Virus record (IMG/VR): IMGVR_UViG_3300037090_000125 | Span: 1-52,313 of that record | From: a virus | Lineage: Duplodnaviria; Caudoviricetes | Strand: one strand, 5' to 3' | Length of the DNA stretch: 52,313 nt | Part shown: positions 7,245 to 17,318 of the stretch, in pieces | Layout of the letters: every line of letters starts with the position of its first letter | Position numbering within the stretch: position 1 is the stretch's first letter | Translations under genes and position numbers: made by a program | Notes under the pieces: model-generated | Told to the model about the DNA's origin: nothing | The model's input: the letters and a program-made list of their open reading frames with translations, nothing else | The model's database searches: none

Positions 7245-9448
7245 TGTTGTGCTCCTTGTGGCATCGCTTGAGGTTGTCCTTGTGGCTGCCCCTGCCCGCC
7301 GCCTGCGAGCATCATCGGGCCTCCCTGTTTAAAGATTTTATCTGCGCTTGCACTTACTTCTTCGGGTATCCCCGCCTTCATCATGGCCGCTAAGGTCTGG
7401 TTCGCCGGTTTTACCTGTGGGAATAGCCGCTCAAATTCTTTTTCCGGCATGGCGATTATCTTTATCAAAGCGTCCAACAACTCCGGCTTGAGCTCCACTT
7501 GCATACCGGAGTTAAACATCCCGGTTTTCTGTAGCCTTTGAGCCGCCTGCATGAGAGGACCGCGTGCCTTCCTTGCAAGTATCTGGTCGCGGTTCGGCAC
7601 GTTGAAAATGTCAAGGATCGCTTCAGCATCGAGGAATCCGCCAGAGGCGAGCTTTAGCCACATTTCGCGCTTAGCCGATTTGCTTTGCGGTAATGTACTG
7701 CCGGCCTCAACGTTGAACGCGTATTGACCCTGGAACTGTTCGGCCACACCACGGAAGGCTATCGCCTCTTCGCCCTGACCGCCGGATAGTTTGATTTTCT
7801 TTTCAAACGAATACCAGTTCTGGCCGAGGCTTATATACATACGCCCTTGCTCTTCAAGGGACGTATCGAGGTTTCTGATCTTCTCGCGGAGAACAGATTG
7901 AGCTTTCTCCTGCAGGGCGGCAATGGCCGCAAATGCGGTTATCCCTTGTGCTCCCCGGCCTTCGGTTACATCGGTCAGGCCCGTAATGATATCTATGAAC
8001 TTCATGAGAAGCTCGATATACGCCCCGTAGTCGGTTGGGAGGTTCGGGACTTCCAGATACCGGATGAGAGCGGCCGCCGTCATTGTGGGCTCCCACACGC
8101 GCTCGGGCAGGTTGTTTATCTGCCTTTTCTCGAGTCCGGAGCCTTTCGGGTTGATAATCGGGGGCAGGCAGGCTGCATCCAAGTGAGAGCCGACTTTTGT
8201 AATCTTTTTGGCTATCTCGATTACAAGCGGTTCGATTTGCTCAATGATCGACAATCCGTATTCGGATAGACCGTCCGAGTAGCTGAGGCGCTTGAAAAAG
8301 GGAAACTTATCCCAAAGGTAACAGTCGGCGGCCTTCTCGAGCGGGAGTTGCGGGTTTATGCTTGGATTCGGCAGATCGTCTAAAACCAGATCGCCCTTGT
8401 TCGTAACGCGAATCCGGCGGAGAAATCCGGGGTATTTTGATTCCTGGTGAGGCTCGGCCTGCTTGATCGCCAACTGCATGGCCGGTTGTCCCGTCATGGG
8501 ATCAATCGCCGGTTGACCGCTCATTGGATCGATTACGGGTTGGGGTTCGAGATAAAGTAAATCGTTCGGGTTCGGCTTCCCGCTCGACCTTTTGCCCGTT
8601 ACCGGGTTCACCCACACGAAGGTGTAGTCTTTTACCCAGCAGGTAACGACGAGGGCCTTCTGAATACCGTAATTTTCTGTCTCGCTGGTGTGCTTATCAA
8701 CGGGCTTAAAGCTGTCGCCACCCACGCCTTGCGGGTATCCCGATTGCAGGTAGGGCCGGATGGTTTTCTGACTGACGTTGCCCCGCGTCTCGCGCCGATC
8801 TTCGCCGAGATTATTCGAAAACTGGGTATCGGATTTGACTTTTCCCTCGACGCCGGGGATTTGCCGATAGATCGTGTCTAACTCTATGGCCTCCATCTTA
8901 AAAAGCATGGGGGCCTTTTGGATGTCGATGTATCCCGGCCAGAGCACCGTTCCAAAGTTATCACCCAGAACTGTTTCTATTTCCCCCATGCCCCCGGCAA
9001 GCTCAGGATCGAACCTCATTTCGTCGGTCTGACAGCCGTAAAGCTCTGAGAGTCCCACCGATTCCTGAAGTGTGTTTTGCTGCCGGGTTGCGTCCCACCA
9101 TTCCTCGTAAGCCGCCTGCCAAGCGTTCGCCGCCTGGTCGCCAGCTTCGCCTCGGGGTTCGATGGATGCCTGCGGTTCGTTGTCGGTAAGTTCGGCCTTG
9201 AGCTTGTTCACCGTCTTGAAGAACAGATTGACGGGCACCTGTGTGATTTTGGGCTTGGGGTTTTTGAAGAACCGATTGCGGTACAGCTCGTGGTTGTGGC
9301 GCCATACGTCCGTTATGCCCAAGGTCTCGCGGTACTTCAGGGCAAACTTGAGCTTGCCCCACACCCACGCCCCCACGTTTTCAGAACCTTCCGGGGGCGG
9401 GGCAAGACGCCATGATTCCCAATCGGCGGATTTGGACGTTGCAGGCAT
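7241..9448 (-). CDS. Portal protein (P22-like)
   Basis: 735 aa between terminase and scaffold; YGLSIIE, ITGLTDVTEG and VEAGSTLP segments; Gln/Pro-rich tail. Confidence 0.88.
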   Translation of the reverse strand: MPATSKSADWESWRLAPPPEGSENVGAWVWGKLKFALKYRETLGITDVWRHNHELYRNRFFKNPKPKITQVPVNLFFKTVNKLKAELTDNEPQASIEPRGEAGDQAANAWQAAYEEWWDATRQQNTLQESVGLSELYGCQTDEMRFDPELAGGMGEIETVLGDNFGTVLWPGYIDIQKAPMLFKMEAIELDTIYRQIPGVEGKVKSDTQFSNNLGEDRRETRGNVSQKTIRPYLQSGYPQGVGGDSFKPVDKHTSETENYGIQKALVVTCWVKDYTFVWVNPVTGKRSSGKPNPNDLLYLEPQPVIDPMSGQPAIDPMTGQPAMQLAIKQAEPHQESKYPGFLRRIRVTNKGDLVLDDLPNPSINPQLPLEKAADCYLWDKFPFFKRLSYSDGLSEYGLSIIEQIEPLVIEIAKKITKVGSHLDAACLPPIINPKGSGLEKRQINNLPERVWEPTMTAAALIRYLEVPNLPTDYGAYIELLMKFIDIITGLTDVTEGRGAQGITAFAAIAALQEKAQSVLREKIRNLDTSLEEQGRMYISLGQNWYSFEKKIKLSGGQGEEAIAFRGVAEQFQGQYAFNVEAGSTLPQSKSAKREMWLKLASGGFLDAEAILDIFNVPNRDQILARKARGPLMQAAQRLQKTGMFNSGMQVELKPELLDALIKIIAMPEKEFERLFPQVKPANQTLAAMMKAGIPEEVSASADKIFKQGGPMMLAGGGQGQPQGQPQAMPQGAQQ

Positions 9449-9962
9449 ATCCTCATCGTGGGACGGGGTACGCTGAGCTTGGTCCGTTGCTGGATAGTTG
9501 TCAGCTATGTGTTTGCTTGATCGTCAAGCGATTCGGTCCTTTCCTTGAGAAAGCAAGAGAATGGATATTCTCCGAACCTCCAGCCATTGTGCTTCAATTC
9601 CTCGTACCAAAGTTGCCGAAGATTCTTTTGTGCATTATCAAGCCGGTGCTTGATTGCATCCAGTTCGCGTTCTGTCATCTCTGCGGCCTCCCCGGTTCGG
9701 CCCTTTCGATTTTAAACGTGTATTCGCTGCCGGAAAGATTTTTAAGATCTTCGGCTATTTCTCGGCGGAGTTTCCGGGAAAATTCTTCACAAAGTTTGCC
9801 GAAGTGTTCCTCGCAATTCTCCATGAACTCTTCACGCGTCATTACTAAACCTTCTCTCGCAAGCCATCCTTACCATTCGCATATTTTGGCCTGATGCCCT
9901 TTTTCTTGCGCTTCTTCACGCTTTTGGGCGGAGCGCCAGCCGCACGCCATTCCTTGTTTTTC

Positions 9963-10334
9963 TCACCGCTTGTCGTGCTTTCGTCTTTCATGATTGTTTG
10001 CCTTTCCGGGTTTGAATTGGTCTATACCAAATTGCTCGATGGTGCCCGTCTTTATGTCCGTCCAGTCTACCAGCTTCAGGAATCTCGCGTCGGGGTAGTC
10101 TCGCATCTTAATGCGTCCGGACAGAACCCCGTCCCTATGCTCAAACGGAGGGCCGCCGCATCCAGGGCAGGTAAGCTCCATATTGACGGGTCCGGGCGGG
10201 AATATCCAGGTCCGAGAATGAATGCAGTCCACGCTCACCGGGAACATGTCCGAATGAAACGGGAAGTCGAGAAGGTCCGTATCGACCGAGAACTCAAAGC
10301 CTTCGCACTTATCGCAATATGCAGGAATAATCAT
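9963..10334 (-). CDS. Zinc-finger hypothetical protein
   Basis: CDKC and CPGC pairs; coupled ORF. Confidence 0.55.
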   Translation of the reverse strand: MIIPAYCDKCEGFEFSVDTDLLDFPFHSDMFPVSVDCIHSRTWIFPPGPVNMELTCPGCGGPPFEHRDGVLSGRIKMRDYPDARFLKLVDWTDIKTGTIEQFGIDQFKPGKANNHERRKHDKR

Positions 10335-10564
10335 TTGGCCTCTTTACGTTTTAGATACATCAGCATAGGGTTGGGCCTTCCGGCAAAGTGTTCGTGCCTC
10401 GTCTTGCCACATTCACAGGGGTACCAGACGGTTGTTTGGATTTCTTTGCGATAGACCCTGCCCGTCTTGCTTATCTTGGCAGGTATCACCACGTCTACAT
10501 AATGACCTTTTCCATAGTTCACTTCTTCGAGGCAAGACTGTATTTGCGATATGTTGAGTGACAC
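10331..10564 (-). CDS. Hypothetical protein
   Basis: Coupled ORF with CECG. Confidence 0.55.
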   Translation of the reverse strand: MSLNISQIQSCLEEVNYGKGHYVDVVIPAKISKTGRVYRKEIQTTVWYPCECGKTRHEHFAGRPNPMLMYLKRKEAK

Positions 10565-10980
10565 TACTTGCTCCCCTTCACGATCTGTTCCATTGTCTTG
10601 TTTATGTCGGACTTCATGCGCTCTTTTAGCTGCCGGTCTGCTTCCGCCTCTTCGGGGCTAAGTTCCGGCTCGTCGGGGCCAAGGTCTATATCGGCGGCGA
10701 AGGGTGAGGGGTGATAACCCTGCTCGTCTCCCCGCATTTCTTGTTGTTCCACTATCGCCCTCACTACTGCCTGGGCGAGTCCCGACTCCGTTGTGCCGGG
10801 GTCAAGCCCGCTTGCCGGTCTTGGCGATACCAGCCTTTCAATCACGCCTAAAAGCCGGTCCTGTGCTATCTGTGCCTGCGCCTGGATCATAATTCGGTCC
10901 ATGGCCTCGATATGCTTCGGGGTAGCAGCGTCCTTGATGGTTCTGAGCGCGTCCGCATAGAAGTCGAGAATCTTATTCAT
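10564..10980 (-). CDS. Hypothetical protein
   Basis: Start at MNKILDFY inferred from the ATGA overlap. Confidence 0.6.
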   Translation of the reverse strand: MNKILDFYADALRTIKDAATPKHIEAMDRIMIQAQAQIAQDRLLGVIERLVSPRPASGLDPGTTESGLAQAVVRAIVEQQEMRGDEQGYHPSPFAADIDLGPDEPELSPEEAEADRQLKERMKSDINKTMEQIVKGSK

Positions 10981-11303
10981 ATTGAGTCCTCGAATTGGCC
11001 GTAACCGTAGACTTCTAAGTCCTCGGAGGACATGGGCTTTGGAGGTTTGCAAAACTGTTCCTTCTCATACGCCACTTGCATCCATCGGTCCCACAGAAGA
11101 TTCCGGATACCGACAGCCGCCAATTCTGATCTTTCGTATCTCCATCCGCATGGGATTTTATCTTCCAGTCGTTCGAAGGATTCCAAGCTGAGCGGGACCA
11201 ACGCCCTATGTTCGAGAACGGACCTTAGTGCATCTATCTGCTCCGGAGTGGGCGGTTTGGGAACGACTACAAACACCATGCTGAACGTGACAAGTTCGGT
11301 CAT
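10977..11303 (-). CDS. Hypothetical protein
   Basis: Coupled ORF. Confidence 0.55.
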   Translation of the reverse strand: MTELVTFSMVFVVVPKPPTPEQIDALRSVLEHRALVPLSLESFERLEDKIPCGWRYERSELAAVGIRNLLWDRWMQVAYEKEQFCKPPKPMSSEDLEVYGYGQFEDSI

Positions 11304-11542
11304 TTGTACTCCCGCTTGAACACGAGCAACGAATCGGACTTGATGATGGTCGTAGACTTGTAATCCCAGCCCTGCTCGCCCAGCCTGTTTAGGTACGCTT
11401 CAAGCTCAGAGCCGTCTTCTATCCGCCTTTCGGCTTCGTGATCGTAGCCAGCCGTAAGGACTTTGAACTCGTATTTTTTGCCAGCAGTGCCGGATTCCTC
11501 ATGATTCATTGTATGAGTCTCAATGGCTTCTTTTTTCTTCAT
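11300..11542 (-). CDS. DUF4177-like small protein
   Basis: KYEFKVL..LEAYLNRLGEQGWDY..LVFKRE pattern. Confidence 0.65.
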   Translation of the reverse strand: MKKKEAIETHTMNHEESGTAGKKYEFKVLTAGYDHEAERRIEDGSELEAYLNRLGEQGWDYKSTTIIKSDSLLVFKREYK

Positions 11543-11949
11543 TTCACCTTCTCCAACTTGCTGACGCGCCGGTTGATCTTCTTTAGTTCGTTCCCGAGCG
11601 CCGTTATCCCCGCGAGTATCTGAGCGTTCATGTCTGGTTGCTGCACGGTTGCCTGTGCCGGTGGCTTCTCAAGCATTCCATAGTGATTCCGGTACTTGTC
11701 CCGCTCTATTGTCAGGATATTTTGAAGCATGGCGTCGCTTGTCGAGTCCCAATCGCACGAAAAGCCGGGCCGCATCTGTTGCAGTTCCGCCTTCAGTTCG
11801 TAGAAGTGATTGCTTCTTTGCTGCTCTTTGGGTTTTGCCCGTTTACTCTTCTGGAAGGGTACGCCTTCTTCCCGCAGTCTTACTGCTTTGGCAACAAACT
11901 CCTGCGGGTTGATCGCGTCGTCGATTGGTGACGTATTGGATATTGTCAT
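11539..11949 (-). CDS. Hypothetical protein
   Basis: Coupled ORF with C-terminal coiled coil. Confidence 0.6.
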   Translation of the reverse strand: MTISNTSPIDDAINPQEFVAKAVRLREEGVPFQKSKRAKPKEQQRSNHFYELKAELQQMRPGFSCDWDSTSDAMLQNILTIERDKYRNHYGMLEKPPAQATVQQPDMNAQILAGITALGNELKKINRRVSKLEKVK

Positions 11950-12419
11950 GCTGCCCTCTCTTGTAAAATTACTCCGGGATCATCCATATCTCCATCCCAT
12001 TCGATTGTGAATGCGGTTTTGCATACCGGACATTCTATTTCGTCTCGCCAATTCTTTTTAAACCGATTATCTGCAAGCTGCCCGTAACATTTCGGGCAGA
12101 AATGCTGAATCTTGGAAGCAAACGGATATTTTTTCTCCTTATATTGTTCCAGTCTATACGAAAGACTCTGAGCAAAAACTTTCATCTTCGCCCTTGCGTG
12201 ACGCAAAGCAATCATCAGTTGATCGTCCGGAATATAATTCCAATCCACACCCCACAGAAGGAGATGCTTCAGTTCGATCTTGGCCCTTCTCAACGTTTCA
12301 ATGCGCCTTGGGTTATTATACCGTTTACACTGCACCTCTTTGGGCGCATAAGGTTGTTGATTGACGATCTGAATTTTTGCGCTACCAGATTCCATCATCA
12401 CCAGCCACCTCCCCCTCAA
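11946..12419 (-). CDS. Hypothetical protein with C-terminal zinc ribbon (start uncertain)
   Basis: CPKC..CPVC. Confidence 0.55.
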   Translation of the reverse strand: MRGRWLVMMESGSAKIQIVNQQPYAPKEVQCKRYNNPRRIETLRRAKIELKHLLLWGVDWNYIPDDQLMIALRHARAKMKVFAQSLSYRLEQYKEKKYPFASKIQHFCPKCYGQLADNRFKKNWRDEIECPVCKTAFTIEWDGDMDDPGVILQERAA

Positions 12420-13017
12420 GGTCTAAATACTTATTGGAATACGACTCATATTCCTTTTTACCTTCGACTGTGTTGATTATGTGCTCGGCGTGCGTTGGGA
12501 TCTTCTCCTTTGCCGGAGCTCGATACCAAAGATACGCCGCGCTTACAGCATAACACAAAGCTGCCGCTGCCGGGTAATCCTGGATTCTATTGTCCTTGTC
12601 GCCCTTCAGGTCAACGATTTGTTCCTTGGCGTCCCTACCGATGGGATCATCCCCAACGTACAGCAGCTTCTCTGCGCCTAAACACTGATGGAGAATCTGA
12701 AGGTACAGTGCCGTTGCGTCCTTGGCCTCAATGTAAGGCGCCGGAGATATCGGCAGAACAAAATGATGCCAGGCCATAACGGACATGGCTCGCTTATCGA
12801 TAACATCCGAGAACCAGTCGGCGGCCTTCTGCTTCTTCCCCCAGCCCACGAGAAGGAGCACGTCCGAAGAATGGAAACTCCCCGATACCCGGAACTGCAT
12901 ATCTTCGGGCTTCCCTTCGTCGGCGCAAACATCCAGAGTCAGGGCACAACCGGAGCGTCCTGTTTTCTGCGCTGGCCATGCAAGAGCGCCAATGGATTTG
13001 AAGGGGGTTATGCTCAC
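12382..13017 (-). CDS. Hypothetical protein downstream of terminase
   Basis: 211-aa coupled ORF; no motif securely recognised. Confidence 0.6.
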   Translation of the reverse strand: MSITPFKSIGALAWPAQKTGRSGCALTLDVCADEGKPEDMQFRVSGSFHSSDVLLLVGWGKKQKAADWFSDVIDKRAMSVMAWHHFVLPISPAPYIEAKDATALYLQILHQCLGAEKLLYVGDDPIGRDAKEQIVDLKGDKDNRIQDYPAAAALCYAVSAAYLWYRAPAKEKIPTHAEHIINTVEGKKEYESYSNKYLDLEGEVAGDDGIW

Positions 13018-13238
13018 GCTTGTGCCTCACGTGGATGAAGAGTGACAACAATTTTGCCGAATATATTTCGGATCGAAGCGGCCCCGAACAAAGGGCAATT
13101 AAGTTTTTCAAGAACCATTGACTTATCGTCCCTTCGGCAAGCCAGGACAGCCTTTTCGATTTCTTGGATAGCGGGCTCTCTTTCCGTCTTCGTTACGGTC
13201 CATCGGGGTATTTGGCACATCAGGCCTTCTCCTCCCAC
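13014..13238 (-). CDS. Hypothetical protein (start may be 13220)
   Basis: Coupled ORF. Confidence 0.45.
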   Translation of the reverse strand: MGGEGLMCQIPRWTVTKTEREPAIQEIEKAVLACRRDDKSMVLEKLNCPLFGAASIRNIFGKIVVTLHPREAQA

Positions 13239-13414
13239 AAATCACCGTTTGGGCCGCACTTTGCGCCTTTGACGCGAGCATAAACGCACTCTATCGGGGA
13301 GTGGTGACCATAAACAAGATCGATTCTCGCGGTTCCCTCATTATGGCAATATGCTGCGGAGGTTTCCTCGGGGCCTTCACCTATCCACTTACAGTCCTTG
13401 CACAGATACGTCAT
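13220..13414 (-). CDS. Cys-rich hypothetical protein
   Basis: LCKDCKW..C..C..CGPNG; AAGGA RBS. Confidence 0.6.
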   Translation of the reverse strand: MTYLCKDCKWIGEGPEETSAAYCHNEGTARIDLVYGHHSPIECVYARVKGAKCGPNGDLWEEKA

Positions 13415-13427
13415 CTTAGTGATCCTT

Positions 13428-14780
13428 TCATGACCAATCCCAGCCCGTCTCTTCGGTCAACCCAAGCTCGGTAAAGCCCCACACCAGGGCCTCCATGCGG
13501 TCGGGGGAGTAGCCGGCCTTCTCTTTCGTGAAGTCATGGGTAAACTCACACTGCTGATCCTCAAGCACCGGGAATGAGCCTACATGTTTGATTCTATTCT
13601 GTTCATATAACGCGCTGATCGGTTCAGCTCTAACCACCTTGCCCCTTGAGGCGTGGACAGCCTTGTAACTGACGTTCGAATCAACGGCCCGAATGACCAT
13701 ACCGACCATTTCCCCCCCGTTATTGACTTCCCCCACTATCCGGTCGGCTTGCCACTTCTTATAGGCTGCAACGGCACGCTTTGCCCATCCAGCCGGGCCT
13801 CTTGCTTCCCCTATTTCGTCCCCGGTAGCATCCTCCAAAACGTATCCAAGGCCGTCCACTCCCAAGCCACATACAACGATTCCCGCTTCATCGGCGTCTT
13901 CGCCCGAAGTCACGTTCGGGTCGATTGCAACGACGATCCGGCGCATATCGGGGCAGGTTTTGACGCGGTTTGCATCAATATTCGTCCGGTTCCAAAGAGC
14001 GCCCGGAACATCGTCCAGGATTTCAGCGTTGAGTTCCTGCCGGCCGAGCCGGGTTCCCTCGTACTTACTGATGATCTTCTTGGCAAAAGCAGGCGCCAGG
14101 TTCTTTAGGTTCTCGTAAGTGGTCCCGCGCGTAACGTGTGTGGTCAGGTCTTTGACCAGATCTTTTATGAGTTTTATCGGCCTGGGTGTAGTGGTGAAAC
14201 ATACCTGCGGATGTTGGCCGAGCCGCAAACCAAACATGAGGTTATCGATTGCATCCTGTCCATACTTCCACTTGGCCGGCTCGTCTCCCCAGGCTGCACC
14301 GTGAGCAGGGCCGCGCAACTGGTCGGGCTTCTCCCCGCTGTAGGTCGTGGCGATAACACCGTTGGGCCATTGGACAAGCCTGCGCGATTCAATGTGAATC
14401 GGTCTGAACCCCGGTCTCGATATCGCCATTATGCCAGCTTCGCCGTGTACCATCGTGTCTCTTACATCCGCCGCCGTCTCGCCTATGAGGGCGATTCTTC
14501 CAATGAGTTTATTTTCCGCAAGGTGCCTGACCCATTCCGCACCGACTCGAGTCTTCCCAAAACCTCGACCGGCAAGTATCAGCCATGTAATCCAGTCGCC
14601 GCCAGGAAACTGCTGCTTCGGTCTTGCCCAGAAATCCCAATCGTAGTTAAGTGCGTGCGCTTGCTCAGGACTCAACTCCTTCAGTATCGCTTCCCTTTGC
14701 TCCACCGGAAGCGAGGCCAGCAATTCGGCTTGCGAGCAGTTCCTTTGCAGCGCCAACTTCTTCAAACTTGATTGGTCCAC
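13428..14780 (-). CDS. terL: Terminase large subunit
   Basis: Walker A AGRGFGKT, Walker B AWGDE, motif III TTTP, nuclease VAIDP and SPDRMEA; start uncertain because it overlaps terS. Confidence 0.97.
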   Translation of the reverse strand: MDQSSLKKLALQRNCSQAELLASLPVEQREAILKELSPEQAHALNYDWDFWARPKQQFPGGDWITWLILAGRGFGKTRVGAEWVRHLAENKLIGRIALIGETAADVRDTMVHGEAGIMAISRPGFRPIHIESRRLVQWPNGVIATTYSGEKPDQLRGPAHGAAWGDEPAKWKYGQDAIDNLMFGLRLGQHPQVCFTTTPRPIKLIKDLVKDLTTHVTRGTTYENLKNLAPAFAKKIISKYEGTRLGRQELNAEILDDVPGALWNRTNIDANRVKTCPDMRRIVVAIDPNVTSGEDADEAGIVVCGLGVDGLGYVLEDATGDEIGEARGPAGWAKRAVAAYKKWQADRIVGEVNNGGEMVGMVIRAVDSNVSYKAVHASRGKVVRAEPISALYEQNRIKHVGSFPVLEDQQCEFTHDFTKEKAGYSPDRMEALVWGFTELGLTEETGWDWS

Positions 14781-15156
14781 CGTCTTTGCCTGTGTTCTCG
14801 ACGCTTTGCTTGTTCTTGTACTTTTCGGGTATAAGGTTTGTGAGTGCGCATATTACCGCTTGAGCATTCGGCGCAACGTGCTTGTAGACGATTTTCGCTA
14901 TCGATCTTTTAACGCTGATAATTCCGTCTCGCTCGACTTCCCGGAACTCTTCGGTGATATCCCTGGTGGTAAATCCGGTAATTAGTTGGCACAAAGCGGC
15001 CTCGGCCATCTTGGGAGTCGGTACGACCCTTCGAGTGCGCCTTTCGACCACATCATACGTCTTGGGCTTGGGCGGATCGAAAACCTTCCTCCACAGCTTT
15101 TCACAACGCTTGGCCTGTTCGTCCAGTTCTACGGGGTCGTACTCGTCTATCTTCAT
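14665..15156 (-). CDS. terS: Terminase small subunit
   Basis: Directly upstream of terL; VAPNAQAVICALTN and ENTGKDGGPI motifs. Confidence 0.8.
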   Translation of the reverse strand: MKIDEYDPVELDEQAKRCEKLWRKVFDPPKPKTYDVVERRTRRVVPTPKMAEAALCQLITGFTTRDITEEFREVERDGIISVKRSIAKIVYKHVAPNAQAVICALTNLIPEKYKNKQSVENTGKDGGPIKFEEVGAAKELLASRIAGLASGGAKGSDTEGVES

Positions 15157-15158
15157 TG

Positions 15159-15422
15159 TTACTCGCTATCCAGCTGTCCGTCAGGCACCGCCAACTTACC
15201 GGGAACTTCGTACTTGAAGTTGAACGGATCCGAGTCGCACGGAGCGAAACCATTCTGCGCGATAACGACGAGCGTGTATGGGCCACCGACAGGAGAATCA
15301 GACAGGTCCACAATGAAACTTCCGTCTGTCTCCGGAGTAACCTTAAACGGATCGGTGCTAGGCTTACCGGATACCAGCAGCCACTTTGCGCCTTCGATTG
15401 GTTTGAATTTGAGATCTACCAT
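15159..15422 (-). CDS. Small beta-rich hypothetical protein
   Basis: GGAGG RBS; in lysis-packaging operon. Confidence 0.55.
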   Translation of the reverse strand: MVDLKFKPIEGAKWLLVSGKPSTDPFKVTPETDGSFIVDLSDSPVGGPYTLVVIAQNGFAPCDSDPFNFKYEVPGKLAVPDGQLDSE

Positions 15423-15423
15423 A

Positions 15424-15648
15424 CTATTTTGCCTCCATAGTGCCTTCGGGCTTTGGCAACTGTTCGGGTTTACCAGTGTTTAGGTGTCCCACAAGGCCGG
15501 CAATGGCTGTGCCTGTGAGCCCTATTACGGTCGGGACGACCAGCTTGATCACATCCATGTCCTTGGTCGCCAATATTAGGATTGCGGCCACAACAAGCGC
15601 CAGGATACCCATCGTGGCAATGCACTTGATAGCCAAGTGGTTTATCAT
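15424..15648 (-). CDS. Two-TM membrane protein, holin candidate
   Basis: Two hydrophobic segments; lysis region. Confidence 0.55.
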   Translation of the reverse strand: MINHLAIKCIATMGILALVVAAILILATKDMDVIKLVVPTVIGLTGTAIAGLVGHLNTGKPEQLPKPEGTMEAK

Positions 15649-15836
15649 CTCTTTGCCGTCCCGTAGAGCCGCTGAATGACGTTAAATATGAGTTGAAAGA
15701 CTCCGTTGGCTTTGACTGCCGGTATCAGGCTCAAGGCCTCAGAGATACCCCACAAGGCGCCCAAGCAGACAACCCAAACATGAGGATCAATCTTATCTCC
15801 CAGGGCCGCAGCAATCCAGACGATGATTGATTCCAT
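15645..15836 (-). CDS. Small membrane protein, holin candidate
   Basis: LWGISEALSLIPAVKANGVFQLI resembles small phage holins. Confidence 0.6.
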   Translation of the reverse strand: MESIIVWIAAALGDKIDPHVWVVCLGALWGISEALSLIPAVKANGVFQLIFNVIQRLYGTAKR

Positions 15837-15993
15837 TATGAGATCACCTCAATTCCTTTTGCCAGCATGAGAAGCCGGTAATCCTCGTACTCATCACAGG
15901 TGTCCCGGCAGTTGGTATGCGAGTCGGCTTGGTATCCGTATTCATGCCAATTACAATGCCAGCAAGGCGGATTGTATGGAGCCAGGGTGTCTG

Positions 15994-16197
15994 TCATACT
16001 TGCCCCCAAAGCTCAAAACCAGCAACCGATATGTGCAATGTGTCTCGGTCTGCTTCCTTTAAGCAACGTTCCTTGAAAGTGGGGATATACTTTTCGGCCT
16101 CGCTGGACGCAGTAAAGAGCCTATCGCATGTTCTGAGATAGCCCCCGCCACAGCATAGGTGATTGCCCTTTGCTATGAGGCCGTAGATAACTGTCAT
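15994..16197 (-). CDS. Hypothetical protein
   Basis: Start MTVIYG inferred from ATGA coupling with a 31-aa TM ORF (16194-16289). Confidence 0.45.
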   Translation of the reverse strand: MTVIYGLIAKGNHLCCGGGYLRTCDRLFTASSEAEKYIPTFKERCLKEADRDTLHISVAGFELWGQV

Positions 16198-16443
16198 CTC
16201 GACAAACACACGAGCACGACGATCAGCGTTACCAGGAACGCCACAGCCGTTGCAATCATGCCCCACATTGTCCAGTCGCGCGTTACCATCAGAATTTCCA
16301 AGTCCACTGGAAATAAAATACCTTGTTATCCTTGCCCGGCTCAGGCATCAAAGTATCCTCGACACCCCATCCGTTACAACCCTGCCACATCGGTTCTTCG
16401 CCTTCGTCCTCGTATCCAACTTGCGTGAGCCACGCCGGATAGC

Positions 16444-16851
16444 CTACTTGCTCACCGTAGGGTTTACGGGGGCAATCGGAGAAACGCCGGTCTTGGCTGA
16501 ATTGATTGCATCTTGAACAGCGCCAACAGCCGCAGAGACGGAAGCCTGAGCGGTTGATACGGATACGCCTGCAGGATCACTCGCGACAGCACTCACGACC
16601 GAAGCCGCCGCAGTAGCAGCCTCAAGAGCCGTGATAGCCTTTTGAGCAATCGGAACGTAAGGCGCTGCCTGCGGAATCATTGAGGCAATAGCCAGAAGCG
16701 CGGGAGTGTCGGCCTTGACACCGGCCAGGAACTGAGCCGAAAAGGTCTGAAACTTCGCAATGTTGGCCTGAGATGCCGTTGACCACACGCCGAATGAAGC
16801 ACAACCTGAAACCATGAATACCAATGCTACAACTGCGATGATTCTTTTCAT
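16444..16851 (-). CDS. Lipoprotein, spanin candidate
   Basis: MKRIIAVVALVFMVSGC lipobox, Ala-rich; in the lysis cassette. Confidence 0.65.
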   Translation of the reverse strand: MKRIIAVVALVFMVSGCASFGVWSTASQANIAKFQTFSAQFLAGVKADTPALLAIASMIPQAAPYVPIAQKAITALEAATAAASVVSAVASDPAGVSVSTAQASVSAAVGAVQDAINSAKTGVSPIAPVNPTVSK

Positions 16852-16867
16852 AACTTTCCTCCTACGG

Positions 16868-17263
16868 TTAATGTTTTCGTAATGCGTCAACGTGTTGGTC
16901 CATTTTTTCGGAGAGCTTTCCGATTGCTCCCTTTAGTTCAGCGGTCATATTCCAGACCATTGATTTCATTTCGGCGTCGCTCTTTTCGGCCTTGTCTCGT
17001 TGGATTGCCATTCGTTCTTTCAGGTCAACATGTTCCGCCCTGGTGGTGTAATTATTCGGCATCTCGCAGAACCTATTTTCGAGAACCTCAATCTTTTTGG
17101 CGTCTACCAGTACGAGTGTTTCAAGTGCGCCGATTGAGCGGGCGATATAAATGCCGTGCGCAAAAAGAGCCATGCAGAGCAGCATAAGTTGTGCGCCAGC
17201 CACAACGTATTGAGTATATTTACCAGGTCGATGTGTGTCGTAATAATCATGCTGTGCCGCCAT
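16868..17263 (-). CDS. Single-TM coiled-coil protein (holin/antiholin or i-spanin candidate)
   Basis: N-proximal TM segment then coiled coil; follows the endolysin. Confidence 0.55.
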   Translation of the reverse strand: MAAQHDYYDTHRPGKYTQYVVAGAQLMLLCMALFAHGIYIARSIGALETLVLVDAKKIEVLENRFCEMPNNYTTRAEHVDLKERMAIQRDKAEKSDAEMKSMVWNMTAELKGAIGKLSEKMDQHVDALRKH

Positions 17264-17318
17264 TACTTATCCGCCCGTGGATTATCGAACTCATTATCGA
17301 GGACAGTGGATACCTTTT

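Noticed and set aside
14665-14780. 116-nt terS/terL overlap as a programmed frameshift
   Set aside because: No clear slippery site; the terL start may simply be further downstream
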